NCBI GenBank assembly: GCA_035499075.1
Contig: DATJZN010000056.1
Location: 96,894-160,893, forward strand
Direction: 5' to 3'
Source of the DNA: Myxococcota bacterium
GTDB lineage: Bacteria; Myxococcota_A; UBA9160; SZUA-336
Length of the DNA: 64,000 nucleotides
Below the pieces are notes generated by a model. That model did not search any database. It worked only from the letters and a program-made list of their open reading frames with translations, and was not told the origin of the DNA. Positions 1 through 9,281 of this stretch are shown piece by piece. A program made the position numbers and the translations under genes. Every line of letters starts with the position of its first letter. The first letter of the stretch is position 1.

Positions 1-45
1 TACGCCGCGCGCGCCGATCGGCGGCCGTCCACGGCCCGCCTGCGC

Positions 46-405
46 ATGGCATCGCGCTTCCAGAAGACCTACCTCGCGCTCTTGCGCGCGGCCTCGGCGC
101 ACGAAGCGCGCCCGCTCGCAGACGTGCTGCACGAGGTCGCGCGCCGCTCGGCCGTCATCAACCGGCGCGACCGCATCACGGGCGACGGAGTGGACTACGC
201 GACGGACCGGTTGATCCGCTACCGGCGCCGCCTCACCAGCGGCAAGCTGCACCGCGTGATCGCCGCCTTCCTGGATCACCAGGACCTGAACCCGCCCGAG
301 CCGGCCGCGGACCGCGCGCCGCCCGCGCGCCCGCCCGCGCACGACGTGCGCCGAGTGCTCGACCGGCTGATCGAAGCCGTCGCAGAAATGCGTCACGGGC
401 TCTAG
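46..405 (+). CDS. hypothetical protein; reading frame is open back to position 1, so the true start may lie upstream of the window
   Basis: 119-codon ORF from ATG at 46; no stop in this frame between 1 and 46; no recognisable motif. Confidence 0.3.
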   Translation: MASRFQKTYLALLRAASAHEARPLADVLHEVARRSAVINRRDRITGDGVDYATDRLIRYRRRLTSGKLHRVIAAFLDHQDLNPPEPAADRAPPARPPAHDVRRVLDRLIEAVAEMRHGL

Positions 406-486
406 CTCGAGTGCAGCTTCCCCGCGGCAGCGCGGCCCGAACCTCGATCCGATAGACTTCCAGCTCCCCCCGCGAGGAGCCGTGCC

Positions 487-1191
487 GTGATCGACCTCGT
501 CAACGTGTCCCGTCTCTACCACCGCGGCGCCGACGAGATCCACGCGCTCGAGCGCGTGAGCTTGCACGTCGAGCGGCAGCGTTTCGTCGCGCTCATGGGC
601 CCGTCGGGCTCGGGCAAGTCGACCTTGCTCAACGTGCTCGCGGGCCTCGACCGGCCCGACTCGGGCGACGTCACCGTCGCGAACCAACGGCTGAACGACC
701 TGTCCGAGGACGAGCTCGCCGCGTTCCGCGCGCACACCGTCGGCTTCGTGTTCCAGTTCTTCAACCTGATCCCCGTGCTGTCGGCGGTCGAGAACGTGGA
801 GCTGCCGCTCCTGCTCACCAACCTGTCGCGTGCGGAACGCCGCCAGCGCGCCGAGACGGCGCTGCGCGTGGTCGGCCTGGCCGACCGCGGCAGCCACCGG
901 CCGCGCGAGCTGTCGGGCGGCGAGCAGCAGCGCGTGGCGATCGCGCGCTCGATCGTGACCGACGCCGAGCTCATCGTCGCCGACGAGCCCACCGGCGACC
1001 TCGACGCGAAGAACGCGGAAGAGATCCTGTCGCTGCTGCAAACCTTGCGGCGCGACTTCGGCAAGACGGTCGTGATCGTCACGCACGACCCGCGCGCCGA
1101 GAAGTGGGTCGACGAGGTGATCCACCTCGACAAGGGCGTGCTGCTCGAGACGCGGCCCGGCGGCGCCGCGCGCGCCGGAGTCGCGGGATGA
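487..1191 (+). CDS. ABC transporter ATP-binding protein (MacB/LolD/FtsE-like ATPase)
   Basis: Walker A GPSGSGKST, ABC signature LSGGEQQRVAIARS, Walker B LIVADEPTGDLD, H-loop VTHD; 234 aa. Confidence 0.9.
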   Translation: MIDLVNVSRLYHRGADEIHALERVSLHVERQRFVALMGPSGSGKSTLLNVLAGLDRPDSGDVTVANQRLNDLSEDELAAFRAHTVGFVFQFFNLIPVLSAVENVELPLLLTNLSRAERRQRAETALRVVGLADRGSHRPRELSGGEQQRVAIARSIVTDAELIVADEPTGDLDAKNAEEILSLLQTLRRDFGKTVVIVTHDPRAEKWVDEVIHLDKGVLLETRPGGAARAGVAG

Positions 1192-2357
1192 AGTACTTGC
1201 CGCTCGTGATCCGCAACCTGGGGCGCAACAAGATCCGCTCGCTGCTCACGGGCTTCGCGATCGCGATCTCGATCGCCCTCGTGTGCATCCTCCGCACGAT
1301 GCCGGCGGGGCTCGACAACATCATCGCGCGCGCCTCGGGGACCACGCGCATCTCCACGCACAACGAGGCGGGCATCGTGTACTCGCTGCCGTACGCCTAT
1401 CTCGCGAAGGTGCGCGCCGTCCCGGGCGTGTCTGCGGCGATCAGCTGGAACTGGTTCGGCGGCGCCGTCGACGTCACCAAGGGCGTCGAGTTCGCGAACT
1501 TCGCGGTGGACCCCGACCAGCTCGCGCAGGTCTACCCCGACTGGAACCTGCCGCAGAGCGCCTTCGACGACTTCGCCAAGTACCGGAACGCCGCGCTCGT
1601 CAATCAGGCCACGCTCGACCAGCAGAAATGGAAGGTCGGCGACGAGGTCACGCTGACGAGCACGGTCTTCCCCGTCAGCCTGACCTTCAAGATCGTCGGC
1701 GCGATTCCGCAGCAGGGCAACACGACCTTCTACTTCCAGCGCGAGTACCTCGCGCAAGCGCTGCAAGACGCGGGAGTGAACTTCGACACCACCGGCATGA
1801 TCTGGTCGCGCGTCGACGACCCGGGCCGCGTCGGCGCGGTGATGGCGCAGATCGACGAGCTGTTCCACAACAGCGACGCCGTCACGACGAGCGAGACGGA
1901 GTCGAGCTTCGTCGGGAACTTCTTCAGCAGCATCAAGCAGATCGTGGCCATCATCCAGATCGTGGCCGGCGTGGTCACGCTCTGCATCGTGTTCATTGCG
2001 GCGAACACCGCGAGCATGTCGATCCGCGAGCGCGTCGGCGAGATCGCCATCCTGAAGGCGATGGGCTTCCGCAAGCAGACCATCTTCGCGACGTTGCTCG
2101 CGGAGGCCGGGCTCCTCGCACTCGTGGCCGGCGCGGCGGGAGCGCTCGTCGCCTGGGGCGGATTGGAGCTCCTGCACTCCAAATTCAACGCCGCCCAGCC
2201 GGGCGGGATGGGCGCGCTCACGAGCTTCGTGGTGAGCGGGACGATCCTCGTGCAGGCGATCTTCGTCTCGTTCTTCATCGGGATCCTGTCGGGCTGGATC
2301 CCGGCGCTGGGCGCGTCGCGGCGCAGCGTCGCACAGACCTTGCGCGAGGTGTTCTAG
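1188..2357 (+). CDS. ABC transporter permease, FtsX/MacB-type (first of two)
   Basis: ATG overlaps upstream stop (ATGA at 1188-1191); N-terminus MKYLPLVIRNLGRNKIRSLLT typical of FtsX permeases; large periplasmic domain then C-terminal TM bundle. Confidence 0.85.
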   Translation: MKYLPLVIRNLGRNKIRSLLTGFAIAISIALVCILRTMPAGLDNIIARASGTTRISTHNEAGIVYSLPYAYLAKVRAVPGVSAAISWNWFGGAVDVTKGVEFANFAVDPDQLAQVYPDWNLPQSAFDDFAKYRNAALVNQATLDQQKWKVGDEVTLTSTVFPVSLTFKIVGAIPQQGNTTFYFQREYLAQALQDAGVNFDTTGMIWSRVDDPGRVGAVMAQIDELFHNSDAVTTSETESSFVGNFFSSIKQIVAIIQIVAGVVTLCIVFIAANTASMSIRERVGEIAILKAMGFRKQTIFATLLAEAGLLALVAGAAGALVAWGGLELLHSKFNAAQPGGMGALTSFVVSGTILVQAIFVSFFIGILSGWIPALGASRRSVAQTLREVF

Positions 2358-2359
2358 GC

Positions 2360-3538
2360 GTGGCGCTGCCGCTCTCGTACAGCTGGCGCAGCATGTACGC
2401 GCGCGGGACGCGTACGCTCTTCACGGTCGCCGTGATCGCGCTCGTCGTCGTCGCGATCACCTTGTTCTGGAGCCTGATCGGCAGCCTGAAACGCACTCTG
2501 GTGGCATCCGGCTCGCCCTACAACCTGGTGGTCATGCGCAAAGGCGCGACGAACGACGGCTCGAGCCAGGTGCCGCTCGAGGCGTACCAGGCGATCCGCT
2601 TCTTCGAGGGCATCGCGAAGGATGCCCAGGGCAATCCGCTCGTGTCGCCCGAGCTCGTGGTGCAGCCGTTCTTCCACACGGCGTCGGGCGCGCGCGAGAA
2701 CGTGCTCGTGCGCGGCGTCGACCCTGTCGCGCTGCAGGTGCACGACGAGGTGCACATCGCCGAGGGCCGCATGTTCCAGCCGTCGAGCGGCGAGGCCGTG
2801 GTCGGCAAGACGATCGCGCAGCGCTACGCGGGGGCGCAGCTCGGCAAGACCGTGCACTTCGGAACGGGCAACTGGAAGATCGTGGGCGTGCTCGAGTCGG
2901 GCGGCTCCACGTTCGAGAGCGAGGTCTGGGTCGATGCGCGCCAGCTGGCCGACGACGCGAAGCGCTCGGTGCCCTACTCCGCGTTCCGCGTCCGCGTCGC
3001 ACCCGGCGCCGACATGGACGCGCTCGCGCGCAGGATCGAAGGCGATCAGCGCTGGTCGCTGCAGGCCAAGCCCGAGCTCGACTACTACGAGAGCCTGATG
3101 TCGACCGCGAAGGTCTTGTACTTCATCGTGGCGAGCCTCGCGATCTTCGCCGGCATGGGCGCGATCTTCGGCGCGACCAACACGATGTACGCCGCGGTGC
3201 AGGCGCGCATCTCCGAGATCGGCACCTTGCGCGCGCTCGGCTTCTCGCGCGGCACGATCCTGCTCGCGTTCCTGGTCGAGTCGATCATGATCGCGGGCGT
3301 CGGCTTCGCCGTGGGCGCGCTCGCAGCCGCGCTGCTCGCCGTGGCGATCAGCGCGTCGCTCGGCGGTGTCGGCCTGCCGGCGCTCACCTTCACCACCAAC
3401 GTGGTCGTGCTCCGGGTCGCGCCCCAGGACCTGGTCATGCCGTTCCTGTTGGCGCTGTTGATCGGGCTCCTGGGCGGACTCTTCCCTGCCGCGGCCGCGG
3501 CGCGCCTGCGGCCGGTGGAAGCGCTGCGAAAGGCGTAG
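2360..3538 (+). CDS. ABC transporter permease, FtsX/MacB-type (second)
   Basis: In-frame GTG 3 nt after previous stop; ALPLSYSWRSMYARGTRTLFTVAVIAL matches permease N-terminal pattern; the ORF-track start at 1283 is an out-of-frame overlap with the preceding gene. Confidence 0.8.
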   Translation: MALPLSYSWRSMYARGTRTLFTVAVIALVVVAITLFWSLIGSLKRTLVASGSPYNLVVMRKGATNDGSSQVPLEAYQAIRFFEGIAKDAQGNPLVSPELVVQPFFHTASGARENVLVRGVDPVALQVHDEVHIAEGRMFQPSSGEAVVGKTIAQRYAGAQLGKTVHFGTGNWKIVGVLESGGSTFESEVWVDARQLADDAKRSVPYSAFRVRVAPGADMDALARRIEGDQRWSLQAKPELDYYESLMSTAKVLYFIVASLAIFAGMGAIFGATNTMYAAVQARISEIGTLRALGFSRGTILLAFLVESIMIAGVGFAVGALAAALLAVAISASLGGVGLPALTFTTNVVVLRVAPQDLVMPFLLALLIGLLGGLFPAAAAARLRPVEALRKA

Positions 3539-3553
3539 AATCCGGTTCGTCGC

Positions 3554-4765
3554 ATGGCCGCCGAAGCGCCGCGAAATTTGCGCGATGAGCTCACCGCCCT
3601 GCGCATCGATCGGGATACGCGCAGAGCGAAGAAGCAGCGCCGACTGCCGCCCACGCGCTGGCTCGCGGGGGGCGGAGCCGCCGCAGCGCTGCTCGTCGCG
3701 CTGATCGCCTGGCTCGCGCTCTCCGGGGCGACACCGGTCGATGTCGCCTACGCGTCGCGCGTCGAGACCGGCAGCGCCGCGCCCGCGGTGTCGGTGCTCT
3801 CCGGCTCGGGCTACGTGGTCACGGCCGACAAGTACATCTCGATCGGCGTGCGCATCCCCGGCCGCATCGAGAAGTTCTACGTGGACGAGTCGGACCACGT
3901 GAAGAAGGGCGACCCGCTGGTGAAGCTCGACGACCGCGACTACCGCGCGGCGCTCGAGAGCCAGAAGGCGCGCCTCGCCGTGGTGCACGCGAACATGGAC
4001 CTGCACAAGCTGCAGCTCGAGCGCCAGCGCAAGCTGCGCGCGGCGAACTACGCGTCGCAGGCCGAGCTCGACACCGCAGAGACGCAGCTGCGCGTGGACG
4101 CCGCGCAGGTCGGCCAGCTCGAGGCCGACATCGCGCAGTCCGAGGTGAACCTGGACTACACCGTGCTGCGTGCCCCCGCCGACGGCGTGATCCTGGCCAA
4201 GCTGAAGGAGATCGGCGAGATGGCCGTGCCCGGCGGCTTCTCGGGCTCGGGCGACCTGATCCGCATGGCGAACCTCTCCGATCTGCGCGCCGAGGTCGAC
4301 GTCGCCGAAGCCGACCTTTCGCGCGTGCGCCTCGGCCAGCCCGCCGCAGTGACTCCCGACGCGTACCCCGACAAGCGCTACGACGCGAAGGTCGTGAAGC
4401 TCTACCCGCAGGTGAACCGCGCGAAGGGCACCCTGAAGATCGAGGTCTCGATCCCGAACCCCGACGAGTACCTGCTGCCCGACATGAGCGTGCGCATCCA
4501 GTTCCTCTCCGGAGATCAGCCCGTCGCCCCCGGTGGCCCGCCGCTCGTGCTCGCGCCGAAGACCGCGGTGCGCACCGACTCGGGCGGCACGTACGCGTGG
4601 GTCGTCACCGGCGGAAAGCTGCGCCGCCAGGCGCTGAAGACCGGCGGCGACCGCGGCGATCAGGTCATCGTCGCGGAAGGGCTGTCGGGCGGAGAAGCCC
4701 TCGTGGTGGGTGACGCCGCGGGGATGTCCGATGGCAGACGTGTGAAGACGCTCGGAGCGCGCTGA
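3554..4765 (+). CDS. HlyD-family efflux periplasmic adaptor subunit (membrane fusion protein)
   Basis: N-terminal TM anchor, coiled-coil region (QLRVDAAQVGQLEADIAQSEVNLDYTVLRAP), beta-barrel/lipoyl motifs; follows ATPase and two permeases. Confidence 0.85.
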   Translation: MAAEAPRNLRDELTALRIDRDTRRAKKQRRLPPTRWLAGGGAAAALLVALIAWLALSGATPVDVAYASRVETGSAAPAVSVLSGSGYVVTADKYISIGVRIPGRIEKFYVDESDHVKKGDPLVKLDDRDYRAALESQKARLAVVHANMDLHKLQLERQRKLRAANYASQAELDTAETQLRVDAAQVGQLEADIAQSEVNLDYTVLRAPADGVILAKLKEIGEMAVPGGFSGSGDLIRMANLSDLRAEVDVAEADLSRVRLGQPAAVTPDAYPDKRYDAKVVKLYPQVNRAKGTLKIEVSIPNPDEYLLPDMSVRIQFLSGDQPVAPGGPPLVLAPKTAVRTDSGGTYAWVVTGGKLRRQALKTGGDRGDQVIVAEGLSGGEALVVGDAAGMSDGRRVKTLGAR

Positions 4766-4810
4766 CTCGACTCACTTGCCGGCGGCGACGCGCCGGGGTA
4801 CACCGGCTCC

Positions 4811-5782
4811 ATGAAGACGCTGGCTCTCGCCGCTCTGCTTCTGGCACTCTCGAGCGCGGCGCCCGCGGACGATCTCGCCACTCAGATCGTCGACGCGATG
4901 AACAAGATCTACGGCTCGCACCCGGGCTTCCGCGCGAATCACGCGAAGGGCATCGTCGCCGAGGGCAGCTTCGAGCCTGCGCCCGAGGCGGCGAAGTGGA
5001 CCACGTCGCCGATCTTCGCGAGCGGGAAGCTCCCGGTCACCGTGCGGTTCTCGGACGCGGGCGGGCTGCCGACCGTGCCGGACGGGTCCCCGGGCGCCAA
5101 TCCGCACGGGCTGGCGGTGAAGTTCCAGCTGCCGGGCGGCTCCGTCTCCGACATGGTCACGAACTCGCTGAAGACCTTTCCGGTCGCGACCGGCGAGGAC
5201 TTCCGCGACCTGAACCTGGCGATCGCCGCGAGCCCGCCGGGCTCGCCGAAGCCGAACGCGCTCGACACGTTCATCGCGAATCACCCCAGCGTGCCGAAGG
5301 CGCTCGGAAGCGTGGCCACACCTGCGAGCTTCGGCGACGAGGAGTATCACGGCATCGACGCGTTCATCTTCACGAACGCGGCCGGGAAGAAGCAGGCGGT
5401 CCGCTACGTATTCGCGCCCGAGAAGCTCGTGCATCTCACGCCGGAAGACGCGGCGAAGCAACCCCTCGATTTCCTCGTCGACGAGCTCCGCGCGCGCCTC
5501 GCGAAGTCGCCGGTGAAGTTCCAGCTCGAGGCGCAGCTCGCCGCGCCGGGAGACCAGACCAAGGACCCGACGCAAGCGTGGCCCGACGACCGCCCGGTCG
5601 CGCTGCTCGGCGTGCTCACGCTCACGAAGGTCGCCGCCGACAGCGCCGACGCCGAGAAGAAGCTCCTGTTCCTGCCCACGGCTGTCACCGACGGGATCGA
5701 GCCTTCGGACGATCCGCTGATCGTCCTGCGCAGCCAAGCCTACGTCCTCTCGTTCACGCGACGCGCCGCAGCGGCGCACTGA
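4811..5782 (+). CDS. catalase-related peroxidase (secreted, SrpA-like)
   Basis: Signal peptide MKTLALAALLLALSSAAPA; catalase-core-like segment RANHAKGIVAEGSFEP...VRFSDAGG; 323 aa, size typical of catalase-related mini-catalases. Confidence 0.7.
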   Translation: MKTLALAALLLALSSAAPADDLATQIVDAMNKIYGSHPGFRANHAKGIVAEGSFEPAPEAAKWTTSPIFASGKLPVTVRFSDAGGLPTVPDGSPGANPHGLAVKFQLPGGSVSDMVTNSLKTFPVATGEDFRDLNLAIAASPPGSPKPNALDTFIANHPSVPKALGSVATPASFGDEEYHGIDAFIFTNAAGKKQAVRYVFAPEKLVHLTPEDAAKQPLDFLVDELRARLAKSPVKFQLEAQLAAPGDQTKDPTQAWPDDRPVALLGVLTLTKVAADSADAEKKLLFLPTAVTDGIEPSDDPLIVLRSQAYVLSFTRRAAAAH

Positions 5783-5807
5783 CAGCGACGCGCTGCTCCG
5801 TGCGCGT

Positions 5808-6212
5808 TCACTCCCCCACGTGCACCGCGATCGACCGCTCGCTCCGCTCCCTTCGGTGCTCCCACAGATAGATCCCCTGCCAGGTCCCGAGCGCGAGCTT
5901 CCCTCCGACGATCGGAATCGACAGCGACGTCTGTGTGAGCGCGGCCTTCACGTGCGCGGGCATGTCGTCGGAGCCTTCGGTCACGTGGCGGTAGAGCGGG
6001 TCGCCTTCGGGGACGAGGCGCGCGAAGAAGGCTTCGAGGTCGCGGCGCACGTCGGGGTCGGCGTTCTCCTGGATCACGAGACTGGCCGAGGTGTGGCGCA
6101 CGAACACGGTGCACAGGCCTTCGCGCACGCCGCTCTCGCGCACGAGCGCCGCGATCTCGCGCGTCACTTCGTGGAGTCCCGGGCCGCGCGGCGCGACCGA
6201 GAGCTCGCGCAC
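5808..6212 (-). CDS. YjbQ family protein (secondary thiamine-phosphate synthase enzyme family, UPF0047)
   Basis: C-terminal 135 codons of a 1010-codon ORF; GTG start; conserved CTVFVRHTSASLVIQENADPDVRRDLEAFF and PAHVKAALTQTSLSIP blocks. Confidence 0.7.
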   Translation of the reverse strand: MRELSVAPRGPGLHEVTREIAALVRESGVREGLCTVFVRHTSASLVIQENADPDVRRDLEAFFARLVPEGDPLYRHVTEGSDDMPAHVKAALTQTSLSIPIVGGKLALGTWQGIYLWEHRRERSERSIAVHVGE

Positions 6213-6217
6213 CAACC

Positions 6218-7486
6218 CTAGTGGCCCGACGAGCCGCGGCGCAGCGCGCCGGACACGGCCGACGCCGCGCTCGTGGCGGAATCGCGCACGCGCGCGAGCA
6301 GGCGCCGCGCCCACATGAACTCGGTCGCCAGGATCGCGAGCCCTGCCCCGCCGACGACGATGCCCGGGCCCGGCAGCACCAGCATGGCGACACCGACGAG
6401 CAGCACCGTGCCGCCGACGACCAGCACGATCACGCGCCACGCCGCGCGCAGGGTGAAGCGCGCCAGCGCCTCGAGCTCGGCGGGCGCGACCGGCGAGCCG
6501 AGCCGCGCCGAGTCGCGGCGCGCGGCGACGAGCGAGGCGATGGCGCCGATCGCCAGGATGGCGAGGATCACGCCGAGCGAGGCGCCGTTCGGAATGGGCC
6601 AGCGATGGTGCACGATCATCTTCACGCCCACGAAGAGGAGCAGCAGCACCAGGCTCGCCTTCATGTACTTCATGTGCTCGATCATCGGCGCGAGCGCGAA
6701 GTACAGGCTGCGCAGGCCCAGCACCGCGAACACGTTCGAGCTGAACACCAGGAACGGGTGGCTCGTGACGGCGAAGATCGCCGGGATGGAGTCGACCGCG
6801 AACATCACGTCCGAGGTCTCGACGCACAGCAAGACCACGAAGAGCCGCGTCGCGTAGCGCTTGCCCTGCTGCAGGATGAAGAAGCGGTGGCCGGCGAAGT
6901 CGTCGTGCACGGGGTAGAGCTTGCGCGCGAGCTTGTAGATCTTGCCGTCGCCGGCCTTCGGCTCGGCCTCGCCACTCGCCATGAGCATGCGCAGAGCCGA
7001 CCAGATCAGCACGCCGCCGAACACGTACGAGACCCATTCGAAGCGCGAGAGCAGCGCGGCGCCGGCCCCGATCATGAGCCCACGGAACACCAGCGCACCC
7101 AGCACGCCCCAGTACAGGACGCGGTGCTGGTACGCGAGCGGCACGCGGAAGTAGCTGAAGATCAGCGCGATCACGACCACGTTGTCGAGCGAGAGCGAGT
7201 ACTCGACCACGTAGCCCGTCAGGTATTGCAGCACCGCGTGGCGGCCGTCGATCTGCTCGTGCGCGCGGGTGGCGATGCCGCCCCAGTCGTGCTCGAACAG
7301 CGCCCACACCACGCCGCTGAACGCGAGCGAGAGCGACACGTAGAAGAGCGTCCAGGCCAGCGCCTCGCGCGTGCCGATCACGCGCGGCGTCTTGTTGAAG
7401 ACGCCCAGGTCGATGGCGAGGAACAGGAGGATCAGGGCCAGGAACCCGATCCAGATCCCCATCCTCGCGAGCTCCGCCGAGTCCAA
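6218..7486 (-). CDS. TerC-family integral membrane protein with C-terminal PGPGW domain
   Basis: TerC core (YSLSLDNVVVIALIF, multiple TM helices); C-terminal about 70 aa with LPGPGIVVGGAGLAILATEFMWARRL (PGPGW motif). Confidence 0.8.
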   Translation of the reverse strand: MDSAELARMGIWIGFLALILLFLAIDLGVFNKTPRVIGTREALAWTLFYVSLSLAFSGVVWALFEHDWGGIATRAHEQIDGRHAVLQYLTGYVVEYSLSLDNVVVIALIFSYFRVPLAYQHRVLYWGVLGALVFRGLMIGAGAALLSRFEWVSYVFGGVLIWSALRMLMASGEAEPKAGDGKIYKLARKLYPVHDDFAGHRFFILQQGKRYATRLFVVLLCVETSDVMFAVDSIPAIFAVTSHPFLVFSSNVFAVLGLRSLYFALAPMIEHMKYMKASLVLLLLFVGVKMIVHHRWPIPNGASLGVILAILAIGAIASLVAARRDSARLGSPVAPAELEALARFTLRAAWRVIVLVVGGTVLLVGVAMLVLPGPGIVVGGAGLAILATEFMWARRLLARVRDSATSAASAVSGALRRGSSGH

Positions 7487-7513
7487 GCGAAGAACCGCTC
7501 CGCGACGCGCCGG

Positions 7514-8653
7514 CTAGCGCTCGTCGATCGGGACGTACACCTCGCCGAGGGGTCCGACGTACTTGCCGCGCGGCCGGTAGATGCGGTTGTTCTGGTACTG
7601 CTCGAGCACGTGCGCACACCAGCCCGCGATGCGGCTGGTGGCGAACACCGGGGTGAACAGGTCGATCGGGATGCCCATGCTGTAGTAGACGGACGCCGAG
7701 TAGAAATCGACGTTGCAGATGAGCCCCTTCTTCTGCGCCATGAGCTCCTCGAGGCGCGCGCTCATCTCGTACAGCTCGGGGTGGCCGTTCTCCTTGGTGA
7801 TCTCGGCGCTCATCCGCTTCAGGATCTTCGCGCGCGGATCGCCCTCCTTGTACACGCGGTGCCCGAAGCCCATCACCTTCTCGCCCGACTTCAAGTGATT
7901 CTCGAGCCAGGCCTCGAGCCGGTCGGGCGACTTGACCTCGAGCAGCATGCGCGCGACCTGCTCGTTGGCGCCGCCGTGCAGCGGGCCCTTCAACGTGCCG
8001 ATCGCGGCCATCACGCTCGAATAGAGCCCCGACAACGTGCTCGACGTGACGCGCGCCGAGAACGCCGACGCGTTCAGCTCGTGGTCGGCGTGCAGGATCA
8101 GGCACGTGTCGAAGCGGCGCACCGTGCGCTCGTCCGGCTCCTCGCCCTTCAGCATGTACAGGAAGTTCCAGGCGATCGACTTCTCGGGCAGCGGCTGCAG
8201 CGGCCACTGGCCGCTGCGCACGCGCTGGTAGGCCGCCACGATCGTGCCCACGCGCGCGGAGAGGCGCGTCGACTTGCGCAGCGTCGCCGCCGCGTTCACC
8301 AGGTTCGCGTCGGGATCGTGCAGGGTGAGGCCCGCGATCACCGCGTGCAGGAAGTCCATCGGGTGCACGCGCGTCGGCAGGCCGTGGAACCAGCCGAACG
8401 ACTCGGGCGGCAGCGCCATCGAGTGGTGCAGATCGGTCGAGAATTCGTCCAGCTCGCGGCGCGTCGGCAGCCAGCCGTACCAGAGCAGATAGACGAGCTC
8501 TTCGAACGTCGCGTTCGCGGCGAGGTCTTCGATCGTGTAGCCGCGCAACAGCAGCGTCGAGCCCTGGATCGAGCTGATCGACGTCGTACACGTGACGACG
8601 CCCTCGAGGCCGCGGTCGATCGCGCCATCGTATTCCGGTGCCTGGTCGTTCAC
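7514..8653 (-). CDS. citrate synthase (type I, about 380 aa; 2-methylcitrate synthase not excluded)
   Basis: Citrate synthase family blocks GYTIEDL, LILHADHELNAS, GPLHGGANE, MGFGHRVYK, NVDFYSA; GTG start with GGGGAG RBS; start overlaps upstream stop (GTGA). Confidence 0.85.
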   Translation of the reverse strand: MNDQAPEYDGAIDRGLEGVVTCTTSISSIQGSTLLLRGYTIEDLAANATFEELVYLLWYGWLPTRRELDEFSTDLHHSMALPPESFGWFHGLPTRVHPMDFLHAVIAGLTLHDPDANLVNAAATLRKSTRLSARVGTIVAAYQRVRSGQWPLQPLPEKSIAWNFLYMLKGEEPDERTVRRFDTCLILHADHELNASAFSARVTSSTLSGLYSSVMAAIGTLKGPLHGGANEQVARMLLEVKSPDRLEAWLENHLKSGEKVMGFGHRVYKEGDPRAKILKRMSAEITKENGHPELYEMSARLEELMAQKKGLICNVDFYSASVYYSMGIPIDLFTPVFATSRIAGWCAHVLEQYQNNRIYRPRGKYVGPLGEVYVPIDER

Positions 8654-9225
8654 GGTCGACTCCCCTGCCCTTGCTCCACTCGCCCCCGTCCGACATGAGA
8701 CCGCACATCGCGTGTCCCCGCCAGCTTGGCGTCGATGCGACGCTGCAGGTAGGGCGAGAAGTGACCCCGATAGCGCTCCCAGAGCTCGGGCCGGCTCCAG
8801 TCGTCGCCCGACACCGCACGGCGACACGTCGGCGCGCCACAGCCGCACGGAAACTGGTCGTAGGGCGTGCCGTCGCTCATGGCGTAGTCGAACGTGATCT
8901 CGTCGCCCGGCTCGATGCGGCGCAGCGCGACCAGCGCGATCTGCCCCGACAGCCCGCAGTTCGGGTCGCACGAGTGGTTCACCCAGTCGGCGGCGCCGTC
9001 GCGGCTCGATACCAGGTACAGGTCCTCTTCGACCTGCAGGGTCAGGAGCCGCTGCGCGGCCGAGAGCGAGTCGAGCGCCGCGGCCGGCACGACCTCGCCG
9101 CCGAACACCACGACGACCTCGCCCGCCGAGATGGCTTCGCGCGCGACCAGCGTCCGCCCGCCCTTCGCTTCGATGCGGCGTCCCTCGAGCTTGGGCGAGT
9201 GGTAGGACGTCGATTTCGGGAGCAC
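8650..9225 (-). CDS. SET-domain protein (putative protein-lysine N-methyltransferase)
   Basis: SET motifs NHSCDPNC, EITFDY, post-SET cysteine cluster CGCGAPTC; 191 aa. Confidence 0.75.
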   Translation of the reverse strand: MLPKSTSYHSPKLEGRRIEAKGGRTLVAREAISAGEVVVVFGGEVVPAAALDSLSAAQRLLTLQVEEDLYLVSSRDGAADWVNHSCDPNCGLSGQIALVALRRIEPGDEITFDYAMSDGTPYDQFPCGCGAPTCRRAVSGDDWSRPELWERYRGHFSPYLQRRIDAKLAGTRDVRSHVGRGRVEQGQGSRP

Positions 9226-9281
9226 GGCGGGATCGTAGGAGACCGCCGACCGGCTGCGCCAGTCGTGCGAGAATCCTGCGC

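Noticed and set aside
516-4006. Long minus-strand ORFs (516-2177, 2354-4006) and the out-of-frame 5' part of ORF 1283-3538
   Set aside because: Antisense or alternate-frame shadows of the ABC ATPase and FtsX permease genes. No motifs. The second permease starts at the in-frame GTG at 2360.
5808-8840. 1010-codon minus-strand ORF and 825-codon plus-strand ORF 6221-8698
   Set aside because: Only the last 135 codons (YjbQ) are real. The rest overlaps the TerC and citrate-synthase genes in other frames and translates to low-complexity sequence.
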